From contig OZ231126.1 of NCBI GenBank assembly GCA_965153355.1, forward strand, positions 4,278,001 to 4,342,000: DNA of 64,000 nucleotides, written 5' to 3'. The stretch comes from Flaccisagitta enflata (Eukaryota). Numbering within the stretch: the stretch's first letter is position 1; each line of letters starts with the position of its first letter. Positions 40,142 to 54,620 of this stretch are shown here, one piece after another. The notes below the pieces were generated by a model. The model saw only the letters and a list, made by a program, of their open reading frames with translations, was not told where the DNA came from and made no database searches. Position numbers and translations under genes: made by a program.

Positions 40142-41100
40142 CAGTGGGATCCCGATTTAACGACCCTGAAGGGACTGGGGGTTTTTGGCCGTTAAATCCG
40201 AGTGTTGTTAAATCGAATTTCTAATTTTTCTTAATCTAAACCGCCACTTTAATAAAGCAACTAAGGTTAGCATCAGTGTCAAATTGATTGTTATATTCAT
40301 TATTCAAGAATTTGTGCAAATAGCCAACAGACAGAAGGACAGACAGAACTATAGACAGAGGGAAAGATATAAGGACAGAAAGAAACAAGGCCGTATACAC
40401 AAGCCAAAGTTGCGTGTGGGTGGGCAGGGGCAGTGATGATAAATTCTTACCCAAGCATTTGGGCAGGAGCAGTAACCTAAAAACCACCCATAACGCCAAA
40501 AAGCTAAGTATGACCAACTGAACAACAGACCGACCAACAGACAGAGTGGGTCGTAGAGTCTCGTGCACGCGACTAAAAAAGATGCAGCCTTTTAAGGACT
40601 TACAATATCATATTATAGAATAAGTTAAAGATACCATAAATAAATTGTAGGAAATCAAACATTACTGACAGAATAGTTGATTTTGTTAGAAATAAAATAG
40701 CAATAATGAAATTAAGTTAATTAAATCTTTTTCAATGATAAGTTTCTTTACTGATGATATCTTATTCTTTTTGTTCATACATTTTTGTTGTTGGATTCTT
40801 CAGCTGTCATCTTATGCACTTTTATATCTAAAGTCTTAGTTATATCAAAGTTTGAAGATAAATCTGAAGTACAAAAAACAAATAATTAAGTTGAAATATT
40901 GAATGTCATTAAATCAGGAAAAAAACCTTCAAGGGACCTGGAAATACCGAATTTAAATTAGGTTTGGCTGTTATATCAGGTGTCATTAAATCAGGTAAAA
41001 TTTACATTACAAAAGCCTATGAAAATTTGGGACCAAAGAAACTTGGATGTTAAATCCAAAATGTCGTTAAATCAGGTGACGAAAAGGCGGTAGTCCACTG
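40142..41100. mobile_element. pogo/Tigger-like MITE containing a HINE at 40384-40580
   Basis: CAGTGG...CCACTG ends, TA TSD, repeated gttaaatc motifs. Confidence 0.75.
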
Positions 41101-41265
41101 TATCATTCTTGTCTCAAACCTTATGTGAGACAGTAGTGAGCAGCAAACTTCCAAAGGCTAAAATGAAAAAAAAATTGAACCAATTGAGAGATTTGATGGT
41201 AAATGATAATGAATGAAAGAAAGTAAATAATTCAATGAGAGGAAAAGACCATGATGTTCATACAG

Positions 41266-42660
41266 CTACCAATGCGGTGCCACTCTGGTGGACTCAAGTC
41301 ACGCCATCACCGCGGCGCATTGTTTGTTTGATAAAGAGGGTTATCGTAGGGAAATCCATAGTGTCACTGCCGGAGTAATCAACTTCAATAGCGACTGGCG
41401 GCACATACAAGTCAGAGAAGCTGAGGTGAGTCAATTAGGAACCAACAAACGCCGTGCAAAACCATGATTTCTTTTAACCTTGGCGACAAAAAAAATGGCG
41501 GATTTCTAAAACAGATTCTATCTACCTCAATTCGAGAAAAACTTATTAAAATCGGTTCTGGTTAGAAAGCTCTTCGAAAGATCTTTTATTTGAGTTGTGT
41601 CCGAAAATTTTAACTCAAACGGTTTTGAAGCTAGAGCAATTTGAACATGACTACTCCTTTTCTGGACTGCCCATGACTTCATAGAAGGGAATTTGAAACG
41701 AAGTTAAAATCTAAAAAGATGATAGAAGTTTTGGTCTGATTTCTACAAAATTTTAGGTGGTAGTTCAAGTGAATGTCTTCTGATATCACTTCAATTTTCA
41801 TGCTAATTGGATGATTTTTACTGGGGTTTTCATAATTTTATATTCTAAATCTCAATAAAATATACTAAAACTAAAGTGGTTTGCTGTTATTGCATTTACC
41901 GCACTGCTGAATTGATAAAACCTCTCCTGTGCTTGAACTTGAACATTATTCTCAGAGCTTCAAAACCATCATGAATTTGATATGATTTTTGTCAAAACTT
42001 GATAATAAAATCCTTCAAAAAAATTCAAAAAAACCATGTTGCTGTCTCATTGACGCTCAGATTTCTAGAATATTTCAAGATCTTTCTCATAATGAAAAGG
42101 ATAGAAAAAATTGTCCGATTTTAAAAATTTTGGAGGAGCTGTCAGAGGAAGGTATTCAGCGCTTCCAGTTCAATTTTCATCAAAATCAGAAAATTTTTAC
42201 TATGGTTTTAAGATGATTGTTTTTTTATCACTCATTTTTGACATGACATTAGAGCAAGAATGGAGTAGTCATGTTCAAATTGCTGTAGCTTCTAAACCGT
42301 TTGAATTAAAAATTCCAGACACGACTCAAATGAAAGATCTTTCGAAGAGCTTTTTAACCATCACCAATTTTAATACATTTTTATTAGATTAAGGTAGATA
42401 GAATCTGTTTTGAAAAATCCGCAATTTTTTTGTCGCCAAGGTTAAGCATCCTCTTTTGATTGAAACAATCAATTCTTGAGACTAAATGTAGTGGACGAAC
42501 AATTTATTTTACAAGTATCTTCACTGATCCTTTCTTCTTGTACAAATGCAGATGGGTGATGGATTGCACCGGGTCAACAAGCCACTAGCTTTCCTTTGCC
42601 AGTTAACTTAAACTTTAATTTGAGTTCTTTTTTGTCACTAAGCCTCTCTCTCTCTTTCTA

Positions 42661-42747
<87 letters not shown>

Positions 42748-44311
42748 GTTGAGAGAAAAGAAGACAAAGTGGTAAAGAGCATAAAACAGAGGCCACATTT
42801 GTACAGGTCGAGTTGTGGCTTGGTTTTTCCTTATTTGTGTAGGACTCTTTCTTGCATCATTCTCTATCCAAATAAAAACCGCCGAAGATATGTAACTTAT
42901 CACGTCTGATTAAATTGTAGGCTTTGGAACATCCTAATTATGGAAATGGTTATGAGCATGAGGACGACATTGCCATATTGTGGTTCTGGAAACCATTTGT
43001 ATTAAACAAGTGGGTGCAGCCTGCGTGTTTGCCTACCAAGAACACGCAACTTTCTGCCAGAGACAAGCTAAGAGTCTCAGGTTTTGGACGCACAGATCCC
43101 AATGATAAAGATTCAACCTCAAGCCATCTTATTCTCGTCGATGTACCGTACATAAATGACAGAAGTTGCCAATCTTATCTTGGTAAGGGTCACACCATGG
43201 CAAGTTGTGGTAATGTGACTTTGGTGCATGATTCGACATCAAAATTGGTTAAAATGTTGATTTATAGAAATGGACCCAAAGATTTAGATGTAATATATAT
43301 GCAATTATGCATGATATTCTACTACGCGAATTTAAAAAAAAGACGCACCTTTTTATTTGCTGATAAAACTGACTTAAAAATATCCAAAAATTGAGCAGAG
43401 AGAGTGATTTTAACATTTTCAAATTATCTTTCATTCTTAGACCAACTCAGATCTGTATCTTTAACGGTTTAGGAGCTAGAGCTCTTTAAAGTAAGACACT
43501 ATTTTGCTGAATTGCATCTTTTCAAAGGGACTGCAAAAACAAATTTGGCAACATTTTTACTCAAACTAATGCCATTTCCAAACGAAAAAGATAGAGATAC
43601 CAGATTGGCGCCAAATGAAAGAGTTTTTCAAGGGCTTCAAAATGGTCTAAGATTTTAGTTAGTTTTTTTGATTTTCAATGGCGCAATCAACCATTCAAAA
43701 GTGCGTCTTTTTTTTTAATTCGTGTAGTATCATGGTGTTCCAGGCATGAGTTCCGCTGTAATTTCAAGTCTGGTCGACATTTACTTTCTTGGAAAAAAAT
43801 TTGTCGACAAGTTAGGATTTGGCTATATCTTTGGCAAAAGAAGATAAAATGAAATAGCAAAAATCAAGAGTGGCACTTTGAGTCATCTGATTATAGTTCA
43901 TCCTTAAATTAACTTGATTAGCGATAAACCACTCTCATTCAGCGTTTTAAACCAAAATGAACACGATTTGTTCTCAGAGGTGGGAAAAAAATCGTCGGGA
44001 GATGGAGTGCTTTGTCTCAAGTAATGTCACGGGAATGCGCATGATATAATGACGCTAATTTCATTTTTTTCTTTGTAGATAAGTACGGCATGTACAAGTT
44101 AATGGACAAAATGTTCTGCGCCGGACTTTCGAAAGGAGGAAAAGATGCTTGTCAAGGTGACTCTGGAGGCCCCGCTGTGAAGATTGAGAAGAACAAAGCA
44201 ACTCTGGTCGGAGTTGTTTCGTTTGGCGATGGATGCGCCGAACCGGGCAAACCGGGACTTTATACACGAGTATCCAATTATTTGGATTGGATTGAAGAGA
44301 ACCTCCAATAA
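41266..44311 (+). CDS. Trypsin-like serine protease (S1A), exons 41266-41425, 42921-43182, 44079-44311; N-terminal exon(s) not found
   Basis: CGATLV..ITAAHC (His), EDDIAIL (Asp), [12 protein letters not shown] (Ser; Asp in S1 pocket), [18 protein letters not shown] introns in phases 0 and 1; AATAAA at 44563. Confidence 0.92.
41478..42441. mobile_element. piggyBac-like MITE in the protease intron
   Basis: TIR CCTTGGCGACAAAAAAA, TTAA TSD on both sides, long imperfect inverted arms. Confidence 0.85.
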
Positions 44312-45322
44312 TTGACATAACCAGATACTGCCGCAGCATGCTTGGCGCTTGCATAAAAGAACATGATATTTGGGCAGACAATTCCATCTTTAGTCAAGCG
44401 TGTATTTCTCGGCTCTGCAAAATATAACCTTTACTAATTGAAACACTACCAACTTTGAAATTGCCTATAATGAGTTATCCTATGTTTGTGTCTGTGTCTC
44501 ATTGATAGATTTGTGACGGAACAAATGTTGCTTTTTGTACCACTTAATAATGTTTACAGACAAATAAACTGAGATAAAGTCATAACAAGTGATTATTTGT
44601 TACAGGGTGAACAAGGCCAGATATACGGCACCCGACGACTGGGCAGGGGCAATAATGGCAAAACCACTCGTTTTTTTAAAGAAATATGACATGACGTGAC
44701 CGATCGGCCGACCGACCGACACAGCAAGTTCCTAAGTCACGTGTCCGTGACTAAAAACTTCCATTTTGTGGATCTTAGAAAGAACGCAAATTTTCAAAAA
44801 AAATCTCATGCTATGATTAGAAAGCATCTCACTTCTAAAGGCTTTCCACAAGGTTGATGAATTTGCATCATCTAGATGCTTATTAAATGTACATGTATTT
44901 TACCCGTGTTAAGGCACGTCTGGTTAAGGTGGTGTCTGTCCATTAGCCCATCTGTTGGGTGGAGTACTTAGCCTTGATTGTAAAACCGTTTAACCTCTTT
45001 TAAATCATACCCCACAGGGAGGGTATATAGTGGCTGTGTTTGTTAGAGAATTCAGACAGCTGATTGGTGATTTTACAGATTTCAAAGGTTGAAGCATAAC
45101 AAAAATAAAGATTTGATCAGTTCAGTTAAGTAATGAATTATCTAGGTTAATGGCTCAGATTGCTAAACAAAATGTTATGTTGATATGAAAAACTTAAGAT
45201 TGTGATGGAAGATTTTCTCAGTGGGGAAACTGGAAGTCTTACTTCCATGTAAAAGAAACTACTTGACTAAAATGGATGATATTTTGATACAAAAAAATGT
45301 CAATACATACTCTTTAGGACTA

Positions 45323-45914
45323 ACAGGTCTCACAAAATTAGGCGGAAAGAGATGAAAACTCGTTGAAAAGAGCGTTGAAAATGGGAATATAATCAATCCA
45401 AGAAATGTTTATCACCAATTTATATATATTTTATCAATATAATGCGAAAAATGCCCAAAACAGGAAATGGCTATCCCCTAATGAACGTAAATATGCTGAT
45501 GAGTCAAAGGTAAACAAATTTTAAATTGACACACTCTTCTTATTGTTTATGCTCGACTTCACCTTTAATTCCTCAACTGTTGTCAACATACGCTGCTTTT
45601 TGTCTGCGTGACTGACTTTCCTGCATCCATCTATTGCATTACACAATAAATGGCGATTCTTTTTGCATTCCATCCTCTTTAAACGTCTTCCACTTTGCTG
45701 CATTTTTTTCTGTTAAAACCAGCAATAATCTGACACCTCACTTCCGTTAAAACACCCTCCATCTCGCCCTACAGGCAGGAAAGCCGCCAACATCGCTTTG
45801 CTATGTCAAAATACTAGGTCTTAGCTATCTCCATGTCAAATTTCATCATGCTGAGGGCATTTTTACTATCTATATTGATCATTTTACTTTTCCGCCTAAT
45901 TATGTGAGACCTGT
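45323..45914. mobile_element. TA-flanked MITE
   Basis: TIR ACAGGTCTCACAAAATTAGGCGGAAAG / CTTTCCGCCTAATTATGTGAGACCTGT. Confidence 0.8.
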
Positions 45915-46602
45915 TAGATAAGTCTTAAGTACATTACTTTAGGCATCAATGAGTAAGAGCTTTTAACATAATCCGACAACTCAGGTGGATGAGCCGGTAA
46001 TACTAATACGCATACATACATGTGATATACGTTGCGTTCTAACTATAACAAGAGAGATTAAGAGTACAAAAGTAAATTGAGTTTGGGATGGATAATCCGA
46101 AGCTATAGCTATAGGCCAAGCCAAGAAAACATGAAAGACATGGTGGAGGGAAAATATTAACCTGATACGAGCGGAACAACTGAACAAGAAAAAAATAAGG
46201 ACTCATTAGATTTATCATATTATCATATTAAAGATACCTATTGACTAAAATCTAAGTTTTCTAAGACCTACTACCTAAAGTCTACGCTCACCAAAGGATT
46301 AAGTGCGTTTATGCGATAGATATCAACAAAGTGAGGTGCTTCTCTTTTTGAGAAATTCATTTGATGTCCTGCCTAGGCTATTGGCATGGTTACAATTTTC
46401 GAAGCCTTAACATGAATCCTACCAAGATAGTGCAAGATATGTCACAAGATCTTTTTCGCAACTTTTTTCTGCTTACCCTGCTAAGTCATCTAGATTTTTT
46501 TGTGCACCTGTAAACTAGTCATTATGACATTCTATTTGTCTAGTCTTACCTTGTCTTTCTCCCTTTGACAGTTTCTTTCTCACTGCAACGACAGGTGATT
46601 AT

Positions 46603-46793
46603 GGGCGTGTTTCTAGTGAAGATGAAAAACGCGTTTGTTCCTGTAAAACGCGTTTACAGCATGAATACATATTTTTGAGTTTCAACTGTCCCACGAGGGA
46701 GTGAGCGAAGTGAGTGAGCGAGCATGTGAATGAATGTAGCGAGCGACCAAGTGGCCCGTTAAAAACGCGATTGTCACAAGTAAAAACACGCCC
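46603..46793 (-). mobile_element. PIF/Harbinger-like MITE, shorter copy of 4166-4434
   Basis: GGGCGTGTTT...AAACACGCCC, 3-bp TSD TAT. Confidence 0.75.
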
Positions 46794-47853
46794 TATGCCA
46801 ATGTTTGGGCAATCGCGGTGAGTTTGGCGCGCTTCATAACATATTCATAGAGATCATGAAACGAAATCACCATCACGCAGCTTATCAATATTTTGAGAAA
46901 TTTTTTGATGGAATATTGTTCAAAATGAAATTTGCTACAACTTTCCCATAATATTTTGTGTGAGAATATTGCTCATTTTGCCATTTCTAGGGAGCGTAAC
47001 TATGTGTGACAGCTATGATGCTCCCTAGCAACTGCCAAACACGTGATATTCTCAGAGAACATACAATGGAAAACATAAAGCAAATTTGATTCTAAGCAAG
47101 CATCTCAAAGTCAAATTTGTCAAAATATTGATACTTTAGCATGAATACATGACAATGTGTTTCCATATCAACCAACATCCATGGGCAATAAAGCACTTTA
47201 CATTTATTCCAAATATCAATCTCTCAGCCATCTCTCTCTTCCTAAAATGAATTCTGTATATCCAGTCTTAGATTTATTACCCCATTGCACACGCAAGTGA
47301 AAATACACATCATACAAAGAGATGATAGTGGACTTATGATTTAACGCGCCGGTTACACGCCAATACCATGTGACAGTGGTAAAGCAATGCAAGCCACACT
47401 TTCCAACCTATCTAAGATGACCGATGGACCGATTAATCGATGACCGACGGACCGAACGCGTGACCGACGGACCGACGGACCGACGGACCAACGGACGGAC
47501 AAAGCCTCTTATAGAGTTGCGTGTCCGCAACTAAAATTCCATGCATCACCGTTGCCTGACCTAAACACCAGTTAATCTTAAGTAGCGTGAGCCTTAGACT
47601 CAGTGGTGGAACTCATCCTCAACATTCCCAAAGGTCCGCTGCCCAAAAAAACATGATGCGAATGGTAAATGGGTGTCACGATAAGCTGATTCGAAATTTC
47701 CTCAATACTTATTGGTTTATTGGTTTGAATCAAAATGCTTCTTACCATGTATTGAATAGAACAGAATCTATTGTATAAGCAAGCAAAAACAAGTAGGCAA
47801 TGCACAAGAGAATGTTATGAATTAAAAACAGCCACATGCATCCATTCACTCCA

Positions 47854-50472
47854 TCACATCGTCAAACGAACATCGGCATTTGGTAAATCCGAGCGAGATT
47901 TTCTCTTTGTCCAATATTTTTTCACCTTTTTAATCGCGGCTGAAACTCTATTAACAATTGGGCTAAACATTTCAGCTTTTGCATGTTCAAAGGGCAAAAT
48001 TAGGAACCCAAAGATGAGATGACAAAAGCAGCAAATGATCGTCAAAATGAATGCGCGTGTGGCGTTTAGTTCTTCTACCAGCCAAAATATCACAGTTATG
48101 TGGCTGGGCAGTTCATATGTGCCATCGTAATATTGGAAATAATCTAAGTCGTTGAAGTCATATTCGTCATTATGGGGAAATATGCCCAAGCCCTTAATGC
48201 CTCGTGGGAGATAAAAGAGGGCTGTTATGGCGAAAATCATCAAAACAGAGTGAACGAGGGAACGAATAATTCGCCAGTAAATCGTCTGCAGAATGGGGTA
48301 GTTTGATAGACACATGACAAAAATGCCAAAAAGAACTGCTGCCAGGTTACTGAAAAAAGATTCTATGAGGGCAGTGTGGAAGAATCTAAATTGCACCGTG
48401 GCTGCACCAACACCCGTGGAAATGAATAGAAAAATCAATAAGAGAGTCGCGTTCTTTGGACAATTTGGACCAAACCAGTGTCCACAGTTTGTGCTTACAT
48501 ATGATGAGATGGCGTGAATTATTCCGGCTGTTGAAGTTAGGATAGAGAGTACTTGAATGGTAGAAATTTCTTGATGCCGAAATTCTCCTTCCCATGTTTT
48601 ATGTTTGCCGAGTGCATAGGCATCGATTGCTATGGCACACCATTGGGTAAGAAGTTGAGGAGTGGATTCTAGTACAACTTCGTAAATTGTCATTGAGCTT
48701 GCGAGATTTTCAATCCTACATAGCAAAGCATGCGATGGAAGATACAATGAATTGGGCTCACTGGGGCCTTTTCAAAAGTCCTTTAGTATTCTAATCAATA
48801 CCCTGATACAGCGACACACTGATACACTGATCAATAAACAATAAACAATACAGACGGACGGACGGACAAACCAACCCACTGACAAACTGATCGACACGGT
48901 AATATATAGCGACGCGAGTCCGCGACTAAGAATCGAAACTGTGTCGCTGCCATGGATCAAATTTTAACTTTACCGGACAGAAATAACATCTGAAACATGT
49001 GGGGGGATAGTGGGATAGAATGGCTTAAAAAAGGAATTGTCATCACAGCCAATGACAAACCATACTCCACTTTTTGTTGATTTTGTCATGGTAATAAACT
49101 AATAATCGTATCGTATTTAGAGTATTTCACCACCCCAATCAATTTTTCTAGTCCTTTCACAACAAGTTTTAGTTTTATTTACGTTTAGTTCATAATTTTT
49201 GGCGTTATGTTTTCCTGATAAATCAAAAAATTTTTTCTCAACATACTTCAAAGTTGTGAAGTCAATTCGTAGACAGATGTTAGGCTGGTTAATTTCACAA
49301 GCAAATCCAAAAATGAAGTCTTCAAGAAATTTTTTTTCTTGAGAATAGCAAAAACTGAATCTCAGCCTGAGCATTTTTTTATTTTGTATCTAGATGAAAA
49401 TCTTATAAGACAGTCATTCGTAAAAAAAATTATGTACAACTTACTTTTCGGCAGTTGCCATAGCGTCCTCACTCTTCCTGTTTTGAACCAAGTAAATTGC
49501 GCCGTACAAATAAAGCACTGTAGGTCCCTGGAGAAAGATTGTTGCAATCACGAGCACAATCACGAGTGGCCTCCCGAGAGAGTCCAAGCAGTCCCCTCGA
49601 AAGTACAAGTAGATGACTCTGCCAATTTGACCAACACCTCCGGCGACGATCCAAACGATTGTCAAGAATGAAAAAAAGAGAGAAAATGTAAATGTATGAA
49701 TGTCCCTGCGGCGAAATGCGTGATACCAATCGATGTGAAATATCGTTTGAAATGATCGAAAGTGGTTCATTTCCTCTTTCACGTCGTTAGGAGTCTTTCC
49801 ACAATAAAGGGAAAACAATTCGACGAAATGGAGGATTTTATTGTATTGTTGGAACACAACCGATGAGTTGGCGAGTTCCACTATCGCGTTATGAAAATCC
49901 TGAATTACGGGCCCCGAATTTGGAAGATCTACAAGTTCTTTGTACCGCTGAGCCATGGAAGAAGCCGTATTAGTAAGATTGAAAAATGTGTCATATCGCC
50001 AAACATGGAAAGACTTAAAATTGTTGATCTGAGGTACATCTTGGCAGTGGTACCGGTCAAACACCCACTGTGAGAATGGCACCGGTAAAGACTGAAAAAC
50101 CGTGTTCATGAAAGAGGACGAGTTAATGAAAGAGGACGAGTTAACGAGATTGAGACTTTTTTCATGATGCAGAAAAGTGAAAAGAGAGGGATTGTTGCTT
50201 TCGCTGTGATTGACCAATTCGTAGTAGTTTTCAGTCACGAATTCAGAAGATCTATTAAGCATAATGAGATGAGTCTTTTGGTTTTTCATGAACTTTTCCA
50301 AGCGGTCGAGGGTTTTGGAATCCTCTTGATAATCGAAAACATTGTCAAGGGAGTAAGTGCCATTGATGAATTGGTCGTAATGCTCAGTCGCGACATAAAT
50401 ATCCGATCCAATATCTACTACAGTTAAAACGGCCGAGAGACAGAAAAGCAGGATTCTGATTTTTATGTTCAT
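47854..50472 (-). CDS. XK-related (Xkr scramblase family) membrane protein, exons 50472-49445 and 48715-47854, ~629 aa
   Basis: VDIGSDIYVATEHY after TM1 and YEVVLESTPQLLTQ are XK-family motifs; phase-2 intron aa|gtaag ... tgtag|g; several hydrophobic segments. Confidence 0.8.
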
Positions 50473-52129
50473 TGTCAGTTGTAAGCCGCTATTCCTGTTC
50501 AAAGCAGCATACGCATAGCAGAGCGACTGATAAGAAAAGGAAATAATCTTTGTTAAACGTAGAGTGACAAGCGCAAGCACCTGAAACTGGCTATCGTCGG
50601 GAGTAATATAATTGGTTTGTCTCTTAGAGTAAAATGTTGACAAATGATTGAGATTAAATGAGCTACCTTGTGAGCCACAATTTAGTGGAGAAAGTCTCAT
50701 CTACATTCAGTCCCGTGCCACGCGACTCTATAACTCACAACGTCTGTCCGTCCATTCAGTCTGTCCGTCAGTTCGTCTGTCCATTGGTCCGTCGTTCCAT
50801 GATACTCAACTTTTCAGCATTCTAGAGCTGTTTGTTACTGCTCTTGTTGTTATTAAGAAGACCAGATACACGGCTACCCAAGGCCGAGCAGCGGGCGGTT
50901 GGGCAGGGGCAGTAATGAATAGTCGCAAAAGCGTTAGATGGTCAGCGGTACCCGTTGCCCCTATATGAGTGTTTGTGAGTGTGAGGTGGTGAGAGCTTCT
51001 TCAGTAAGTGTGATTGTAAAAGATATGGGTTTTGGGGTTGAAATATGGGCATTGAGGCTAGAATTTTGGCCTTGAGCTTGAGTCTAGGGCATTAAGGGTA
51101 GGATAGGGACTTGAATATGGGCCTAAGGGCTGGGGCTTAGGCCTTTGAGCTGGCCTTTGGGCTGATGTTTGGGCCTTGAGGCTGAGATTTGGGCCTCATG
51201 GCCGAGATATGGGCCTGAGGGTAAGATTTGGGCCTCATGGCCAAGATATGGGCCTAGAGGCTTCAAGGCTGGGATTTTGACCTCTAGGCTGGGATTTGGA
51301 CTTCTATGCTGGGATTTGGGCCTCAAGGCAGGGGGCGGGTACAAAGGAGGAGAAGGAGGAGAAGGAGGAGAAATTTCTGCAGATGCGAAGTATAGGTCAT
51401 TTGTCTTTCGGGGCCGCTTTTTGCCTGGGGTGTTGGCTAACTGCTTTGGGCAGTAATGCACAGGTCACCCAAGGTCATTACAGGCCGGCAATACCTGCTG
51501 GTTCTGCTTCTTGATGATTGTAAATTGAGGAGAGGGAAGAGGGCAGCGCCCTAAAGGAGAAAGTCCTGTAGAACACAGGGGGACTTTCGTCCATCCATCC
51601 CTCTCCCCCAGGCCCTCTCAGGCTCGAAATCTGCCCTCTCAGGCTTGAAATCTGTCCTTTCAGACCAGAAATCTGCCCTATCAGACCTGAAATCTACCCT
51701 ATCAGGCCCAAAGTCTGCCCTCTCAAGCCTTGAATCTGCCTGAGAGGGCAGATTTGAGGTCTGAGAGGACAGATTGCAAGCCTGAGGGCAGATTCCAGGC
51801 CTGAGAGGGCCGATTCAAGGCTTGAGAGGGCAGATTTCAGGCCTGATAGGACAGATTCCAGGCCTGATAGGGAAGATTTCAGGCCTGAGAGGGCCTGGGG
51901 GGGCGGACAGACGAGCGAACGGACAGACGGACGAAGAAAAGTCCCCCTGCGTTCTACAGGACTTTGTCCCCTTCAGGGCCGCTGCCCAAAAACGCTGTAA
52001 ACGGTGAAAAAGCTAAGCGTTGTGGACGAACCAACCAACTGACCAATATAGCTAGCTATAGAATTGCGTATAGCTGTATACACAACTAGAAATAAAGTTC
52101 AGAGACTGAGACAATGGAAAGGGAATTCT

Positions 52130-52915
52130 TTTTAGTCGCGTGCTATGCGACTCTACACCCGGTTTTTTCGGTCTGTTGGTCCGACGGTCCGTCGGTCCAT
52201 CGGGCCGTTCTTCCGTCGGTCCGTCGCACTTTACTTTTTGGGCAGCGGCCCCGGAGGGGCCAATGACCTATGATTCCACATAGGGCAATTTTCTCCGGTT
52301 TCCATCCATCCGTCTGTCCGTCCGTCCGTCCCCCCCTCCCCCAAGCCTCAAATAGAGCCTCTCAGACCCCAAATCTGGCCTTTCAGACCCCAAATCAGAC
52401 CTTACTGACCCCAGATCAGGCTTCTCAGACCTCCAATCAGGCCTCCCAGACCTCAAATCAGGCCTCTCAGACCCAAAATCAGGCCCCAGATCAGACTTTT
52501 CAGACCCCAAATTAGACCCCTCAGACCCAAATCAGGCCTTTCAGACCCCAAATCAAGCCTCTAGACCCCAAAATCAAGCCTTCCAGGACCCAACCAAGCC
52601 TGCAATCTCTAAATCAGACCTTTCAGAGCTAAACCAGTTCCTCCACCACCAAACCAGCCTCTCAAACAGAGAAAATTGTCCTATGTGGAATCATAGGTCA
52701 TCGGCCCCTTCGGGGCCGCTGCCACTCTCATAATCTCATTCCCACATACACTAACTTAGGGGCATCGGGTACCGCTGACCATGTAACGCTTTTGCGACTA
52801 TTTGTTTTTCTTTGGGGTTTATGGCCTCACCGCTCCTGCCCAAATGATCAAGTGACCTCAAATTTGGCCCCTGCTCACCCGCACGCGACTGGGGTAGCCG
52901 TGTATCCAGCCTTGT
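52130..52915 (+). mobile_element. HINE family A copy interrupted by a family B element (52236-52803)
   Basis: Family A 5' hairpin and 3' gccgtgtatccagccttgt flank a complete family B element inserted in a T-run. Confidence 0.75.
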
Positions 52916-53255
52916 CTCTTATGGGGTTAGGAGGAACAGGACTTTAGGAATAATACTGGAACATAAAGCCCACTCTTAACTTTAGATAAATGATGCCTTG
53001 ATTCTTTTTAGTTGTGGACATGCTACTCTACACGTTGATGTGTCGATCCTTTAGTCCGTCTGTAATTTTGATGAATTGTGAGAGTTTTTTTGGGGGGAAT
53101 CACTGTCCCTGCCCAACTGTCCGCGACTGTTACCCGGCCATTTTAATTTGCAATTGCACTAGCTTAGACATGAGTTTATCGCATTTACTATATGAGCATT
53201 TTTAACATCCATGGAATCTCATGAAAATACTAGAATGAAAAAGCACTGAAACTAC

Positions 53256-54620
53256 AAATAAGGCCAACACCTATAAGTCGCGTGTGAGACGTGAATAACT
53301 GAATTGACCTGCCTCCAAATTGTATCTTTTTATTGACATAATCAACATAACTGAATTCAATGAATAAATCAATGAGTTAATCAGGTTGATCAACAAAATC
53401 AATCAAATCCATAAAATCGACTTAATCAACTTATTAAGGTTTTGGGTGCCGTGGAAACCCAACCAATTACAGGCCATGACCACTGTAAAAAGTGGTGATG
53501 CATATGATTGAGTCAACTTAATCAACTCTATCAACTTGATCGACTAAATTTTAGTCTAAAATAACTAAACCAGACCTAACCCAGACTTAAACCAGACATA
53601 AACCACACTTAAACCAGACTTAAACCAGATGTAAACCAGACTTAACCCAGATTTATCCCAGACTTAACCTAGACATAACCCAGATTTAACCCAGACTTAA
53701 CCCAGACTTAACCCAGACTTAACCCAGACATAAACCAGACTTAAACCAGACTTGAACTAGACTTAAATCAGACATGAACCAGACTTAGACCCGACTTAAA
53801 CCAGACTTAAACCAATATTTAACCAGACTTATACCAAACTTAACCCAGACTTAAACCAGACTTAAACCAGACTTAAACCAGAATTAAACCAGACTTAGAT
53901 CAGAACTAAACCAATATATAACAAGGCCTAAACTAGACTTGAACAAGACGTAAACCAGACTTAAACCAGACATGAACCAGACCTAAACCAGACTTTAACC
54001 AGACTTAAACCAGACCTAAACCAGAATCACACCTGGCTTAAACCATATACAGACCATTTTTAAACCAGACTTAAACCAGAAAGACAAAAAAAAATGACTT
54101 TGAGTGACTTAGAATGACTTGAGATAATTTAAAATGGCTAACAATGACTAACAATGACGCGAAATGACAAAAACTATAAAAGGCAGAAATTGACCTAAGT
54201 GTGACTTAGAATGATTTAGAATGACTCAAAATGACCTAAAATGACTATGAATTACTTGAAATGACATGAAATATCAAAAACTACAAATGCCAAAAAATAA
54301 CTTAAAGTGACTTAAAATGACTTAAATGCCTTAAAATGACTTAAAATGCCTTAAAATGACTTGAGATGACTTGGAATGACTTAAGAAGAGTAAAATTGAC
54401 TTAAGATGATTTGAAATGACTTCAGATGCCGTAAAATGAAAAAAACTACAAAAGACAAAAAATGAGTTAGAGTGACTTAGAATGACTTAGAATGACTTAG
54501 AATGACCGGAAATGACTTACGTAATAAAAAAGTTAAAGAAGTAAAGAAAGTTAAAAAAGGGGACGGTCAGAGGGACGGACCAACAAAGCGGGATATAGAG
54601 TCGCGTACATGCGACTAAAA
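53256..54620 (-). mobile_element. Long HINE-like element with expanded 11-bp (cttaaaccaga) and 10-bp (aatgacttag) arrays
   Basis: Same termini as 13570-14098; arrays ~53565-54080 and ~54095-54520. Confidence 0.75.

Larger units (their letters stand above)
38824..41138. mobile_element. CMC/Chapaev-like non-autonomous element with nested insertions
   Basis: TIR CACTGCTGTCTCACATAAGGTTTGAGACAAGAATGATA, CAC...GTG ends, 4-bp TSD AGCA. Confidence 0.75.

Noticed and set aside
50473-50700. N-terminal extension of the XK ORF in the track
   Set aside because: ATG at 50472 directly precedes TM1 as in XK proteins; the extension has no support
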